Source: Thermoplasmata archaeon
GTDB taxonomy: Archaea; Thermoplasmatota; Thermoplasmata; Lutacidiplasmatales; UBA184
Assembly: GCA_035504595.1 (NCBI GenBank)
Contig: DATJRQ010000006.1
Location: forward strand, 39,366 to 103,365
Length of the DNA stretch: 64,000 bases
Direction: 5' to 3'
Shown here piece after piece: positions 7,803 to 17,412 of the stretch (within the stretch, counting starts at the first letter, position 1; every line of letters begins with the position of its first letter). The position numbers and the translations under genes are program-made. The notes beneath the pieces are model-generated. The model searched no databases. It was not told the DNA's origin and saw only the letters and a program-made list of their open reading frames with translations.

Positions 7803-10649
7803 TCAGTCCCAGAAGGCCCGGGTCTTCGCGTAGCTCCGTTCCGAACGCAGGATCTCCGTGAAGAACGAGTCGTCGTCGCGGTACAGCCGCATCAGGAGCC
7901 GGCGCGCGGTCTCGGGCCCGATCCCCCGGGCGGCGAGCGCGAGGAGCGCCCGCTCTCCGTAATGCGCGAGGAGCTCCGCCGACGTGTACCCGGTGCGCAC
8001 GAGCGCCTCGAGCTCGGCGGACGGTGGCCGCGCCCTCCGCTTCCCGCGCGGCGCGGTCCGCTTCGGTGGGGTCCACTTCTCCCGGGCGTAGCGCGAGAGC
8101 CGCGCGATCTCGTCCTCGCGCCGCGGCGAGAGCACCGCAGAGAGCGAGCCGTGACACAGCAGGCAGCGACTCCCACCTTCCGAGCGGTACCGGGCCGGGG
8201 TGGTCGTCCGCACGAATCCACACCGGAGGCAGATCAGCACGAGCGGCTCGTGCTCGAGCCGCTCCCGCACGGCTTTCAGCAACGTCGGGGGTGGGGTGTC
8301 CGGAAGCGTCCGCCACTGCAACCGCTCGATCGGTCCGTCGGTGAGAGAGGAGGGGGCCGTCGCGACGACCTGGATCGCCCCGGAGCGCACGCGCGCCAGC
8401 ACCTCCTCGGCGTGGGGGACGTCGAACCGGTCGTGGAGGGTCTTTTCCAGGACCTCTTCGCCGAGCGGCGTGACGCGCGCCACTTCGAGCAGCGGGTCGA
8501 GCGTCCGGAGGTCGCGCGGGTCGGCCGACTCCGGCAGGACCCCGAGCTTTCGAGCGACCGCAAGGAAGACCCAGCGATACTCGAGGCCGGACGGAACGAG
8601 CCGCTCCACGAGCGGCCGCACGGTCGCCGGGTCGACCGCGAACGCATCGATGAGCGTGGCGGCGTCGACCGCGACCGGGAGCTCGAGGACGAACCAGGTC
8701 GGTTCGACCGCCGCGACGTCGGTTCGCGCTCCGAGCCGGGCCGTCAGGAGCCCCGCGGTGGCGAGCGCGAGGGTTTCGTTCGTGCGAGTGCCGAAGCAGG
8801 CCCCGTACACGACCACCCGGCCGCGCGCGGTCACGGTCACGCGTCGATCGTCCGGCGGCGCGTCGACGGCCCCGGCCGCGGACCGCCGACGCCCGAGCCG
8901 GGCTCGATCGTCTTCCGACAGCGGGTAATCGGCGAAGTTCCCCTCCCGCCGAAGCTTCCCGATCTCCTGGGCCACGTCGAACGGAACCGGCAGGTCTTCA
9001 CCCGCCCAGCGGGGCTCCTGTCCGATCTCGTTGACCGTCTCGACCAGGAGTTCGCCGTCCCGATACTCGACGACCTTCCAGGTGCGGCCGTGCAGCAGAA
9101 AGATCTCGTCCGGTTGCGCGAGGATCTGGGTGAGCACGAATCGCTCGTCGAGCGTGCCGATCGTCCGGCGCGTCGCGATGTCTCGGAGCCGATAGGTCCG
9201 CTCGTCGGGGATCAGCGAAAGGGAGGAGTAGAACCGGTGCAGCGTTCCCCGCCCGGAGGTGAGCCGACCGTCCGACCACTTCGATAAGCCGAGGCTCACG
9301 AGGTAGGCGATCAGTTCGTCCCACTCGGCCGGGAGGAGGTCGGCGACGGCGGCAGCGTGACCGAGCGTGGCCACGAGAAGGTCGCGGTCGACGGCCCCCT
9401 GCGCCCGGAGCGTGGCGACGATCTGTTGGGCGGCGGCGAGACGATTTCGAGTCCGCCAGGACGCCGCCTCGACCTGGCCCTCGTCGGCCCGGCGGGCGAG
9501 GACCGCCGCCTCCTCGAGGTCGTCGTCGTCGAGGGAGAGCACCACGCCGTGGATCGTGCGGTCGCGTCGGTGCCCCGACCGTCCGACCCGCTGAAGGAGA
9601 CGACCGACCTGGTGCGGAGAGCCGAACTGCACGACGTGGTCGACGACACCGATGTCGATCCCGAGCTCGAGGGAGGACGTGGCGACGAGCGCCCGCAGCT
9701 GCCCATCTCGGAAGGCCCGCTCGGCCTCCTCGCGCACCTCGCGCGAGAGGGACCCGTGATGGACCGCGATCGCGAGGTCGGGCGCGAGCCGGTTCAGGCG
9801 AGCGGCCAGTCCCTCGGCGGTCGGACGGGTGTTGACGAACACGAGCGTCGTTCGGTGAGCCCGGATCTCCGCCTCGACCGCCCGCAATCCGCGCCGAAGC
9901 GTGGCGTCGGCCTTGAGCTCACGAATCAGGTCTGCCGCGAGCGGGGTCTCCTCCTCGGGCGCCCAGCGCGCATTCAGTACGAGATCGCGTGGCTCTTGCG
10001 CGACCCGCACTTCGATCGCTCGGGGGGCGGGCGACAGGAATCGCGCGACGGCCTCCGGGTTCCCGATCGTCGCGGAGAGTCCGATCCGGCGGACTTTGCG
10101 AGCGGTCCAAGCATCGAGTCGCTCGAGGGTGAGGCTTAGCTGAGCGCCGCGGTCGGACCCGACCAGCTCGTGGATCTCGTCGACGACGACGGTCCGGACG
10201 TTCTTCAGGCCTTCCCGAAGGCGCTGGCCGACCAGCAGTATCTGGAGGGTTTCGGGGGTCGTGAGCAACAGGTCGGGCGGGGAACGGGACTGGGCGACCC
10301 GGGCCGAGGCGGTCGTGTCCCCGTGGCGAACCGCGGCCGAGAGACCGACATCTTTGACGAGCGAGACGAGCCGGTGCTCGAGGTCGCGGTTGAGGGCGCG
10401 CAAGGGCGTCACGTACAAGAGGGAGATCGGCGGCGACGGTTCCGCGAGTCGTCGCGAGAGGAGCGGAAGCAGGGCGGCCTCGGTCTTGCCGGTCCCCGTC
10501 GGCGAGATCAGCAGCGCGTCCGAGGCACCGCCGAGAACGGGCAGGGCCAATCGTTGGATCTCGGTGTAGGTCCGGATCCCGCGACGCCCCACTGAGTCGG
10601 CCAACCGGGGGTCGATCCCCTCGAGCGCGGACGGAGCGTCGGTCGCCAT
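7803..10649 (-). CDS. lhr: Lhr-type ATP-dependent DEAD/DEAH-box helicase
   Basis: 948 aa. Contains TEIQRLALPV...SPTGTGKTEAALLP (motif I), VVDEIHEL (DExH), SATIGN, and VATSSLELGIDIG...QRVGRSGH (motif VI). The large C-terminal Lhr-specific region includes a CxxC...CxxC zinc element. Confidence 0.85.
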   Translation of the reverse strand: MATDAPSALEGIDPRLADSVGRRGIRTYTEIQRLALPVLGGASDALLISPTGTGKTEAALLPLLSRRLAEPSPPISLLYVTPLRALNRDLEHRLVSLVKDVGLSAAVRHGDTTASARVAQSRSPPDLLLTTPETLQILLVGQRLREGLKNVRTVVVDEIHELVGSDRGAQLSLTLERLDAWTARKVRRIGLSATIGNPEAVARFLSPAPRAIEVRVAQEPRDLVLNARWAPEEETPLAADLIRELKADATLRRGLRAVEAEIRAHRTTLVFVNTRPTAEGLAARLNRLAPDLAIAVHHGSLSREVREEAERAFRDGQLRALVATSSLELGIDIGVVDHVVQFGSPHQVGRLLQRVGRSGHRRDRTIHGVVLSLDDDDLEEAAVLARRADEGQVEAASWRTRNRLAAAQQIVATLRAQGAVDRDLLVATLGHAAAVADLLPAEWDELIAYLVSLGLSKWSDGRLTSGRGTLHRFYSSLSLIPDERTYRLRDIATRRTIGTLDERFVLTQILAQPDEIFLLHGRTWKVVEYRDGELLVETVNEIGQEPRWAGEDLPVPFDVAQEIGKLRREGNFADYPLSEDDRARLGRRRSAAGAVDAPPDDRRVTVTARGRVVVYGACFGTRTNETLALATAGLLTARLGARTDVAAVEPTWFVLELPVAVDAATLIDAFAVDPATVRPLVERLVPSGLEYRWVFLAVARKLGVLPESADPRDLRTLDPLLEVARVTPLGEEVLEKTLHDRFDVPHAEEVLARVRSGAIQVVATAPSSLTDGPIERLQWRTLPDTPPPTLLKAVRERLEHEPLVLICLRCGFVRTTTPARYRSEGGSRCLLCHGSLSAVLSPRREDEIARLSRYAREKWTPPKRTAPRGKRRARPPSAELEALVRTGYTSAELLAHYGERALLALAARGIGPETARRLLMRLYRDDDSFFTEILRSERSYAKTRAFWD

Positions 10650-10698
10650 GGCCGGGCGAGAACGATGGGCGATGGGGCGGAAAGGCGTGTCGGGCCGT

Positions 10699-11136
10699 TC
10701 AGGCGGTCCGTCCGCCCTCGAGGTCGAGCATACGGAGCCCCCAGCTCTCCACGAGGGGACGTCCGAACGTCCGGCCGGGGAACGTCTCGAGGACCATCTC
10801 CTGAAGGACTCCGACGGTCGCCCGCATCAGGTGCCCCCCCACGAGGTGATGGTCCGGCCCTGCGACGGCGCCGTGGAGGTGGATCGACGGGGCCCCGTCG
10901 GCCCGGGCGATCGAGCCGTGGAGCGCTACGACCTCGTGCGGGACCGTGAGCTCGTGGGCTTGGTACTGCCGGCCGTCCCAGTATCCGAACGTCGCGGTGC
11001 GGAACATTCCGATCCCGAAGACGACCGCCGCGGCGGTGACGTTCTCGCGCGCGGCGAAGGTGCTCAGCGTTTCGAAGAGGTCCTGCCCGTCATCGAGCCG
11101 GAGCATCCAGCGGGAGCCGTCGTGGATCGCTTGCAT
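10699..11136 (-). CDS. PPC (DUF296) domain protein
   Basis: 145 aa. Reads ...RLDDGQDLFETLSTFAARENVTAAAV-FGIG....LHGSIA...HLHGAVAGPDHHLVGGHL, matching the PPC/DUF296 fold pattern. Confidence 0.6.
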   Translation of the reverse strand: MQAIHDGSRWMLRLDDGQDLFETLSTFAARENVTAAAVVFGIGMFRTATFGYWDGRQYQAHELTVPHEVVALHGSIARADGAPSIHLHGAVAGPDHHLVGGHLMRATVGVLQEMVLETFPGRTFGRPLVESWGLRMLDLEGGRTA

Positions 11137-11245
11137 CGCCCGGCGCAGCGCCGTGCGGTTCTTGGGGTTTGCCGCTGCCGGCCCGGCCGTTTCACGACCT
11201 CAGGGCCAAACCGTTTACCCTCGAGGTCCATGCCATCGGGCTCCG

Positions 11246-12070
11246 ATGGAAGTCCCGCTGCTGCAGCTGCGCGCCCCGTGGTCCGAGCGCGAGCTCGTGG
11301 AACGGCTCGCGACTCGGGGCACGGCGCTCGTCGCGCTCTCGGGAGGGGTCGACTCCTCGCTGGTCGCGGCTCTGGCCCGGGGCGCGCTCGGGTCCGACTG
11401 CCTGGCCGTCACGTTGGAGGGGGCGGCCGTCTCCCACGCCGAAGTGGAGCGCGCCCGGCGCGTCGCCGAGGAAATCGGGATCGAACACGTCGTCGCACCC
11501 GTCGACCCCCTCACCCGCCCCGAATACCGGGCGAATCCGCCCGATCGGTGTTTCTTCTGCCGTTCCGTGGAGTCCGCGGCGTTGCTCACGATCGGACGGG
11601 AACGGGGGGTCCGTCAGTACCTAGACGGGATCCACCTGGATGACCTCTCGGACGACCGACCGGGATTGAAGGCGATGGACGCGGCGGGCTTCGACCACCC
11701 GCTCGCGCGGGCACAGTGGACGAAAGCAGACGTGCGGGAAGCCGCCCGCGCGCGTCGTCTTCCGAACTGGGATCAGCCGTCCGATGCCTGCCTCGCCTCC
11801 CGCGTCGCACACGGCGACCCGATCACGGCCGAACTCCTCGGGCGCATCGAGACCGGTGAACAGTGGCTGCACGACCGGGGCTTCCGGCAGGTCCGCGTGC
11901 GAACGCGCGGGACCGGGGCGCGGGTCGAGGTGGAACCGGCCGAGGTCCCGCGGCTGCGAGGCGAACCGATGGCGTCGGAGATGCGGGAGATGCTCCGCGG
12001 CCTCGGGTTCTCCCCCGTCACGATCGACCCGGACGGGTACGGAGCGTCCCGCGACGGGAGGCCGGCGTGA
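11246..12070 (+). CDS. PP-loop ATP pyrophosphatase, LarE/TIGR00268-family sulfur transferase-like
   Basis: C-terminal 274 aa of track ORF 10946..12070, from in-frame ATG 11246. Reads ALSGGVDSSLV (PP-loop), PDRCFFCRS, SDACLASR. Confidence 0.75.
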   Translation: MEVPLLQLRAPWSERELVERLATRGTALVALSGGVDSSLVAALARGALGSDCLAVTLEGAAVSHAEVERARRVAEEIGIEHVVAPVDPLTRPEYRANPPDRCFFCRSVESAALLTIGRERGVRQYLDGIHLDDLSDDRPGLKAMDAAGFDHPLARAQWTKADVREAARARRLPNWDQPSDACLASRVAHGDPITAELLGRIETGEQWLHDRGFRQVRVRTRGTGARVEVEPAEVPRLRGEPMASEMREMLRGLGFSPVTIDPDGYGASRDGRPA

Positions 12071-14118
12071 GAGTCGGCGTGGAATCCGGGTCCTCCAAAC
12101 CGGCCCTGCCGGGCCGATTCCAGTTGGAGACCGATCTCCTCCCCCAGGGCGACCAACCGAAGGCGATCGACGAGATCGTCCGGCGCATCGAGGGCGGGGA
12201 GAAGTACGTCACGTTGCTCGGCGTTACCGGCAGCGGCAAGACGTTCACGATGGCTCACACCGTCGCGCGTCTACAGCGCCCGACCCTCGTCGTGAGCCCG
12301 AACAAGACGCTCGCCGCGCAGCTGGTGAGCGAGTTCCGGGCCCTCTTCCCCCACAACGCCGTGGAGTACTTCGTCAGCTACTACGACTACTACCAGCCCG
12401 AGGCGTACGTTCCCCAGATCGACCTCTACATCGAGAAGGACGCCTCGATCAACGACGAGATCGACCGGCTCCGCCACCGCGCGACGCAAGCGCTGCTCAC
12501 CCGACGCGACGTGCTGATCGTCGCGTCGGTGAGCTGCATCTACGGGCTGGGGTCGCCCGAGGATTACCGCGCGTCCGTCGTGGAGCTCGCGGTCGGACAG
12601 GAGATCGGACGCCAGTCGCTGCTCGAGCACCTCGTCCGGATGAAGTACCATCGCAACGACATGGAGCTCAAGCGCGGGCGGTTCCGCGTCCGCGGCGGAA
12701 CGATCGATGTGATGGGGGCCGGGGAGACGATCCACCGCATCGTGCTCGAGGGAAGCACGGTGCACGCGATCGCCGAGCTCGACCCGGTCACCCAGGAGGA
12801 GGTGCGGGACCTCGGGAGCCTCTCGATCTTCCCCGCCACCCACTTCCTCACCGTCGACGAGCGAGTGCGCGCGGTACTGAGCGAGATCGAGAAGGAGAAG
12901 GAGAGCCGGGTCCGGGAACTTCGCCAGCACGAGAAGATCGTCGAAGCGCAGCGGCTCAACGCGCGGGTCGACTACGACCTCGAGATGATCCGGGAGACGG
13001 GTTACTGCTCCGGGATCGAGAATTACGCGAGGTACTTCTCCGGCCGAAAGCCCGGCGAGCCGCCGTACACGCTGATGGACTTCTTCCCCGACGATGTCCT
13101 CGTCTTCCTCGACGAGTCCCACGCGACGGTCCCCCAGCTCCAGGGGATGTACAAGGGGGACCGGAGCCGCAAGGACAACCTCATCGAGTTCGGATGGCGG
13201 CTGCCGTCGTGTCGGGACAACCGACCGCTCCGGTTTCCCGAGTTCCTGGAACACGTCCCGGAGCTCGTTTTCGTCTCGGCGACGCCCGGGCCGTTCGAGC
13301 GGAAGGCGTCGAAGGGGGTTGTCGAGCAGATCATCCGCCCGACCGGCCTCGTCGACCCGCCGATCGAAGTGCGACCGCTCAAGGGACACATTGCCGACCT
13401 CGCTACGGAGCTGCGCCAAACCATCGCGCGCGGCGACCGCGCCCTCGTCACGACCCTGACGAAGGCGACCTCGGAGGAGCTGGCGAACTATCTTTCGAAC
13501 CAGGGATTCAAGGTCCGGTACCTCCACTCCGAGGTGGAGACGCTGAAGCGCGTCGAGGTGCTCCGCGACCTCCGGGTGGGCCGGTTCGACGTCCTCGTCG
13601 GGATCAACCTCCTCCGCGAAGGGCTCGACCTCCCCGAGGTGAGCTTCGTCGCGATCCTCGACGCCGACAAGGAAGGGTTCCTGCGGAGCGAGACGTCGAT
13701 CGTGCAGACCGCGGGGCGAGCGAGCCGCAACGTCGACGGAAAGGTCGTGCTGTACGCCGACCGGGTCACCGGTTCGATGGCCCGCGCGATCGAGGAGATG
13801 GCGCGCCGCCGCTCCGCCCAGATCGCGTTCAACGCCGAGCATCACATCGTCCCCGAGTCGATCCAAAAGGAGGTCCGGGCGCTCCTGGGCCCCGAGGACG
13901 AAGCGATGTCCGGCGACCTCTCGACCTCGGGACTCGGGAAGAAGTGGAAGGACCGGCTCCCGCTCCTGCTCGCAAATCTCGAGGAGGAGATGCGGCTCGC
14001 GGCGGAGCGGCTCGACTTCGAAGAGGCCGCGCGGATCCGCGACCGCATCCGCGACGTCCGTCGCAGCGCGGACGAGAAGACCCCCGGCCGCGGCCCCTCG
14101 CGGGCGCGCGCCGCATAA
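12067..14118 (+). CDS. uvrB: excinuclease ABC subunit B
   Basis: Track ORF 11863..14118. GTG 12067 overlaps the preceding TGA (GTGA); an alternative start is GTG 12079. Reads GDQPKAI...GVTGSGKTFT...YFVSYYDYYQPEAY...DESH...LHSEVETLKR...C-terminal UVR coiled coil. Confidence 0.9.
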   Translation: MRVGVESGSSKPALPGRFQLETDLLPQGDQPKAIDEIVRRIEGGEKYVTLLGVTGSGKTFTMAHTVARLQRPTLVVSPNKTLAAQLVSEFRALFPHNAVEYFVSYYDYYQPEAYVPQIDLYIEKDASINDEIDRLRHRATQALLTRRDVLIVASVSCIYGLGSPEDYRASVVELAVGQEIGRQSLLEHLVRMKYHRNDMELKRGRFRVRGGTIDVMGAGETIHRIVLEGSTVHAIAELDPVTQEEVRDLGSLSIFPATHFLTVDERVRAVLSEIEKEKESRVRELRQHEKIVEAQRLNARVDYDLEMIRETGYCSGIENYARYFSGRKPGEPPYTLMDFFPDDVLVFLDESHATVPQLQGMYKGDRSRKDNLIEFGWRLPSCRDNRPLRFPEFLEHVPELVFVSATPGPFERKASKGVVEQIIRPTGLVDPPIEVRPLKGHIADLATELRQTIARGDRALVTTLTKATSEELANYLSNQGFKVRYLHSEVETLKRVEVLRDLRVGRFDVLVGINLLREGLDLPEVSFVAILDADKEGFLRSETSIVQTAGRASRNVDGKVVLYADRVTGSMARAIEEMARRRSAQIAFNAEHHIVPESIQKEVRALLGPEDEAMSGDLSTSGLGKKWKDRLPLLLANLEEEMRLAAERLDFEEAARIRDRIRDVRRSADEKTPGRGPSRARAA

Positions 14119-14147
14119 AGCCGGTTTGCGCGCTCACGAAAAAGACG

Positions 14148-14153
14148 TTTAAT
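14148..14153 (+). promoter_or_regulatory. TATA-like box (TTTAAT) upstream of 14176 gene
   Basis: aaaagacgTTTAATcc lies 23-28 nt upstream of ATG 14176. This spacing fits a leaderless archaeal promoter. Confidence 0.35.
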
Positions 14154-14175
14154 CCTCGGGCGCCTCGGTTCCCCG

Positions 14176-15000
14176 ATGGCCCGGTCGGCGAGCCACGGTC
14201 CGGCGGAGGGGCTGGCGGGGCTGCGGCGGAGCGGCTCCATCACCGAGCTCCTCTTCCTGTACGAGTGCACGACGCTCGAGCCGACCCAGCTCCGACCGAT
14301 CGCCGACACCCTCGGACTCACGGTGCAGGCGGCCTCGCACACGTACCGAGCGTTGGGCCGTCGCGGGCTCGTGGAGCAGCGCGGGGGTCGCTACCGGCCG
14401 ACCGTTCGGGGCGTCGCGTGGCTCCACGACGCGCTCGGACGCCTCTCGGAGGACGTTCAGGGTCGGATCCAGCGCCTCCACGTGATCCGAAGCGCCCGCG
14501 CGGTCGCGCTCGGCCCGGTCTCCGTGGGAGATGTCGTGTCGCTCGAGCTCGTGGACGGTCTCCTCTCCGCCCGTCCCGACCCCCGCGGCCCCTCCCGGGG
14601 GCGCGTCGCCCGCGGCGGGACGAAAGGGACGCTGGTCGAGGTGGCCGACCTCGAGGGGATCGTCGCCCTCGCGCCGGCGCTCGTTCGCGTGCGCACCCTG
14701 TCGGAAGAGGACCTCTCGGACCCCCGCCTGGGGGAACGGGTGCGCCGGTCGCTCGGCCGTGGCTTCCGGGGACTGGTCGCCGCCTACGGGCTCGAAGCGT
14801 TCCTGGCGGCCCGTTCGGCCCTCGGACGCGAACCCGCGCGGTTCGCGGTCGCCGCCGAGTCGCGCGAAGCGTCCCGGGTCGGCGTTCCGAGCACGATTTT
14901 CGTCCTCGAGAACGAGCTTCCGCGCCTGCTCACCGAATTCGAGGGGACCGACCCGCCCCCGTTCGAGGTTTCTCCGCTACCCCGCGGCCGTTCCCACTGA
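14176..15000 (+). CDS. winged-helix (MarR/TrmB-like) N-terminal domain protein with uncharacterised C-terminal domains
   Basis: 274 aa. N-terminus ...ELLFLYECTTLEPTQLRPIADTLGLTVQAASHTYRALGRRGLVEQRGGRYRPTVRG looks like a wHTH. The remainder is unassigned. GC3-rich frame with a clean TATA-like box. Confidence 0.5.
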   Translation: MARSASHGPAEGLAGLRRSGSITELLFLYECTTLEPTQLRPIADTLGLTVQAASHTYRALGRRGLVEQRGGRYRPTVRGVAWLHDALGRLSEDVQGRIQRLHVIRSARAVALGPVSVGDVVSLELVDGLLSARPDPRGPSRGRVARGGTKGTLVEVADLEGIVALAPALVRVRTLSEEDLSDPRLGERVRRSLGRGFRGLVAAYGLEAFLAARSALGREPARFAVAAESREASRVGVPSTIFVLENELPRLLTEFEGTDPPPFEVSPLPRGRSH

Positions 15001-16311
15001 CGCCGAGCTCGGCTTCGACGAAGGGCCGAGGGCGCTCTCCAGCGCGGCGAGCAACGAGGGGAGGTCCGGCATCGTTCGGGCCCCGTCCTGGCGAAGTTGC
15101 TCTTCGATGCCCGTCGCACGTCCGCCCGTGAAGTCCCACGCCGGCTCCGGGGACCGTGCGAGCAGGAAGATGGGGGTCGACCGCACGAACGCTCCGAGGT
15201 CGTCGAGATTCGCGAGGTTGGACGGCCCGACCAGGAACGGTGCGACGACGATCGCGCGCGCGGAGGCGAGGAAGCGGCGGTGGGCCGCGCGCACCTCGTC
15301 CCCGAGCGGTGCGAAGGGAACCTCGACCGCCGCGGGGATCCCGAGCGCCTCCGCCGTCTCGGTGTCGGAGTCGAGCAGGTGCAACGCCCCCGTCGTGAGG
15401 CGGAACCCCCGGTCGGTGAGCTCCCGAAGGTACGGGCTTGCCGCCCCTCCGCCCCCGACCACGTGGACCGGCCCGCGGTCCGGCGGGATCGCCGACGACG
15501 CGACATCTCCGATCAGGTGGTGGGGGACCAGGTAGGACGTTCCGGTGCGGGGGTCCTTGCGCAGGTCGGCCGCGACGCTCCACACCCGACCGAGCAGGTC
15601 TTCGGAGAGGACCAGGGAAGGAGGACCGTCGATGTACGGCCGTCCGCGCGACAGGACGAAGATCCGGTCGGCGTATCGTGCGGCGAGATTCAGGTCGTGC
15701 ATCGCGGCGATCACCGTGACGTTCCGAGTGTGGCTCAGCCGCCGCACTCGGTCCAAGAGGTCGAGCTGGTGGCCGATGTCGAGGTGGGACGTCGGTTCGT
15801 CGAGCAAGAGGATCGGCGAGTCCTGGGCGAGGGCCCTCGCGAGCGTGGCGCGCTGCCGTTCGCCTCCGCTGAGGGAAAGGATGCCATCCTCGGCTCGGTC
15901 CGCCAGGCCGACGTCGGTCAGGATCTGCATGGCGAGCACGCGATCCGCGTCGGACTCCCCTCCGAACGGCTCCAGCCGCGAGTACCGGCCGTACAGCACG
16001 TAGTCGAAGATCGGAATGTCGTCGCGCACGAGCTCTTCCTGCGGTACCCACGCCACGCGCCGCGCCCGCTCGCGTACCGACAGGTGAGCCACGGGCGTCC
16101 CGAACAGGGACGCCGAGCCGGCATCGGGGTCAAGGAAACCGAGGAGCACCCGGAGCAGCGTGGTCTTCCCCGAGCCGTTCGGTCCGGCGAGGGCGACGAA
16201 CTCTCCCGCTCGGACCGTGAGGTCCACGTCGTGGAGCGCGACGCGCGCGCCAAACCGGACCGTGAGGTGCTCGACTCGCACGGCGGGCGCAAGGTCCGGT
16301 CCCTCGTTCAC
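14977..16311 (-). CDS. ABC transporter ATP-binding protein (FepC/BtuD-type) with ~180-aa C-terminal extra domain
   Basis: C-terminal 444 aa of track ORF 14977..17256. GTG 16311 overlaps the permease TGA (GTGA). Contains GPNGSGKTT, LSGGERQR, LLLDEPTSHLD and MHDLN. An extension follows with VHVVGGGGAASPYLREL... Confidence 0.85.
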   Translation of the reverse strand: MNEGPDLAPAVRVEHLTVRFGARVALHDVDLTVRAGEFVALAGPNGSGKTTLLRVLLGFLDPDAGSASLFGTPVAHLSVRERARRVAWVPQEELVRDDIPIFDYVLYGRYSRLEPFGGESDADRVLAMQILTDVGLADRAEDGILSLSGGERQRATLARALAQDSPILLLDEPTSHLDIGHQLDLLDRVRRLSHTRNVTVIAAMHDLNLAARYADRIFVLSRGRPYIDGPPSLVLSEDLLGRVWSVAADLRKDPRTGTSYLVPHHLIGDVASSAIPPDRGPVHVVGGGGAASPYLRELTDRGFRLTTGALHLLDSDTETAEALGIPAAVEVPFAPLGDEVRAAHRRFLASARAIVVAPFLVGPSNLANLDDLGAFVRSTPIFLLARSPEPAWDFTGGRATGIEEQLRQDGARTMPDLPSLLAALESALGPSSKPSSASVGTAAG

Positions 16312-17408
16312 AGTCCCCCCATCGTCGTCACCCGGCGTCGCCGGTAGAGCAGGTACAGGAAGAACGGCGCCCCGCCGGCTGACGTGAAGATCCCGATCGG
16401 CAACGGCGTGAGCGGCAGCACCCAGAGCGAGAAGTCTCGAGCCCCGAGGAGGATCGCGGCCCCGGCGATGGCGGCGCCGGGCAGCACGATCCGGTAGTTC
16501 GAGCTGCTCACCCGGCGGACGACGTGGGGCGCGGCCAGCCCGACAAAGCCGATGATCCCGGTGAACGCCACCGCCGTCCCGGTCGCGAGCGCCGTGAACA
16601 GCAGCAGCCGCTCCCGTACTCGGCGCACGTCGACGCCCGCGCTCTGGGCCACGTCGTTCCCCAGCTGCATCAGGTTCAGCTCTCGACCGTGGATCGCGAG
16701 GATGGCCCCGACCGCGAGGACCACCCCGAGCGCGACCCCGTCGACGGACCACGTCGCGTTGCCCAGCCCGCCGAGCAACCAGAAGTCGACCTGCAGGCTG
16801 GCGATCGGGTTGTACAGCAGCACGATCGTGAGGATGGACGACAGCAGGGCGTTGAGAGCGACTCCGGTCAGCAGCAACGTTTCGACCGAGCCATATCGGC
16901 CGCGCGCGGCGAGAAGGATCACGCCGCCCGTGGCGACGCACCCGAGGAACGCGAAGAGGGGGAGCACCAGGTTCGCATCGGCTTCCCCGATGCCGTAGAC
17001 GAAGACCAGGGACGCACCGAGGGTGCCGCCGGTCGAAATCCCCAGGAGGTACGGGTCCGCGAGGGGATTGCGAAAGATCCCCTGCAGCGTACCCCCCGAG
17101 ATTCCGAGCGCCGCCCCGGCGACCACCGCGAGAAGCACCTCCGGCACGCGCTCCTGCCAGACGATGATCGTCGCGACGTGGCAGGAAACCGTTCCAGCCG
17201 CGCACGGCGCGAAGATCGCCCCTCCCCCCGAGATCACGATCCGCAGCACAAGCCACGGGCTGAAGGCGACGGACCCGATCACCGGCGAGAACAGGATCGC
17301 GACCGCGAGGGCGAGCGCGGCGCCTAGGGCCCAGAGCGCCCGACGGCGCGTCCGGGTCTCGGGGAGGGGCGGCGTCCCCGCCCCGATACCGGGAGCGCCC
17401 TCGGTCAA
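16308..17408 (-). CDS. FecCD/BtuC-family ABC permease
   Basis: 366 aa polytopic membrane protein. Reads ...GAALGISGGTLQGIFRNPLADPYLLGISTGG...GIIGFVGLAAPHVVR..., the FecCD signature. Confidence 0.85.
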   Translation of the reverse strand: MTEGAPGIGAGTPPLPETRTRRRALWALGAALALAVAILFSPVIGSVAFSPWLVLRIVISGGGAIFAPCAAGTVSCHVATIIVWQERVPEVLLAVVAGAALGISGGTLQGIFRNPLADPYLLGISTGGTLGASLVFVYGIGEADANLVLPLFAFLGCVATGGVILLAARGRYGSVETLLLTGVALNALLSSILTIVLLYNPIASLQVDFWLLGGLGNATWSVDGVALGVVLAVGAILAIHGRELNLMQLGNDVAQSAGVDVRRVRERLLLFTALATGTAVAFTGIIGFVGLAAPHVVRRVSSSNYRIVLPGAAIAGAAILLGARDFSLWVLPLTPLPIGIFTSAGGAPFFLYLLYRRRRVTTMGGL

Positions 17409-17412
17409 GGGT

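Noticed and set aside
11784-15131. 1115-aa track ORF on the plus strand, the longest of its kind in the window
   Set aside because: The translation is extremely Arg/Pro/Gly/Ala-rich and low-complexity. It runs out of frame across uvrB (unmistakable motifs in another frame), the wHTH gene and the ABC ATPase. This is a typical stop-poor shadow frame of a very GC-rich genome.
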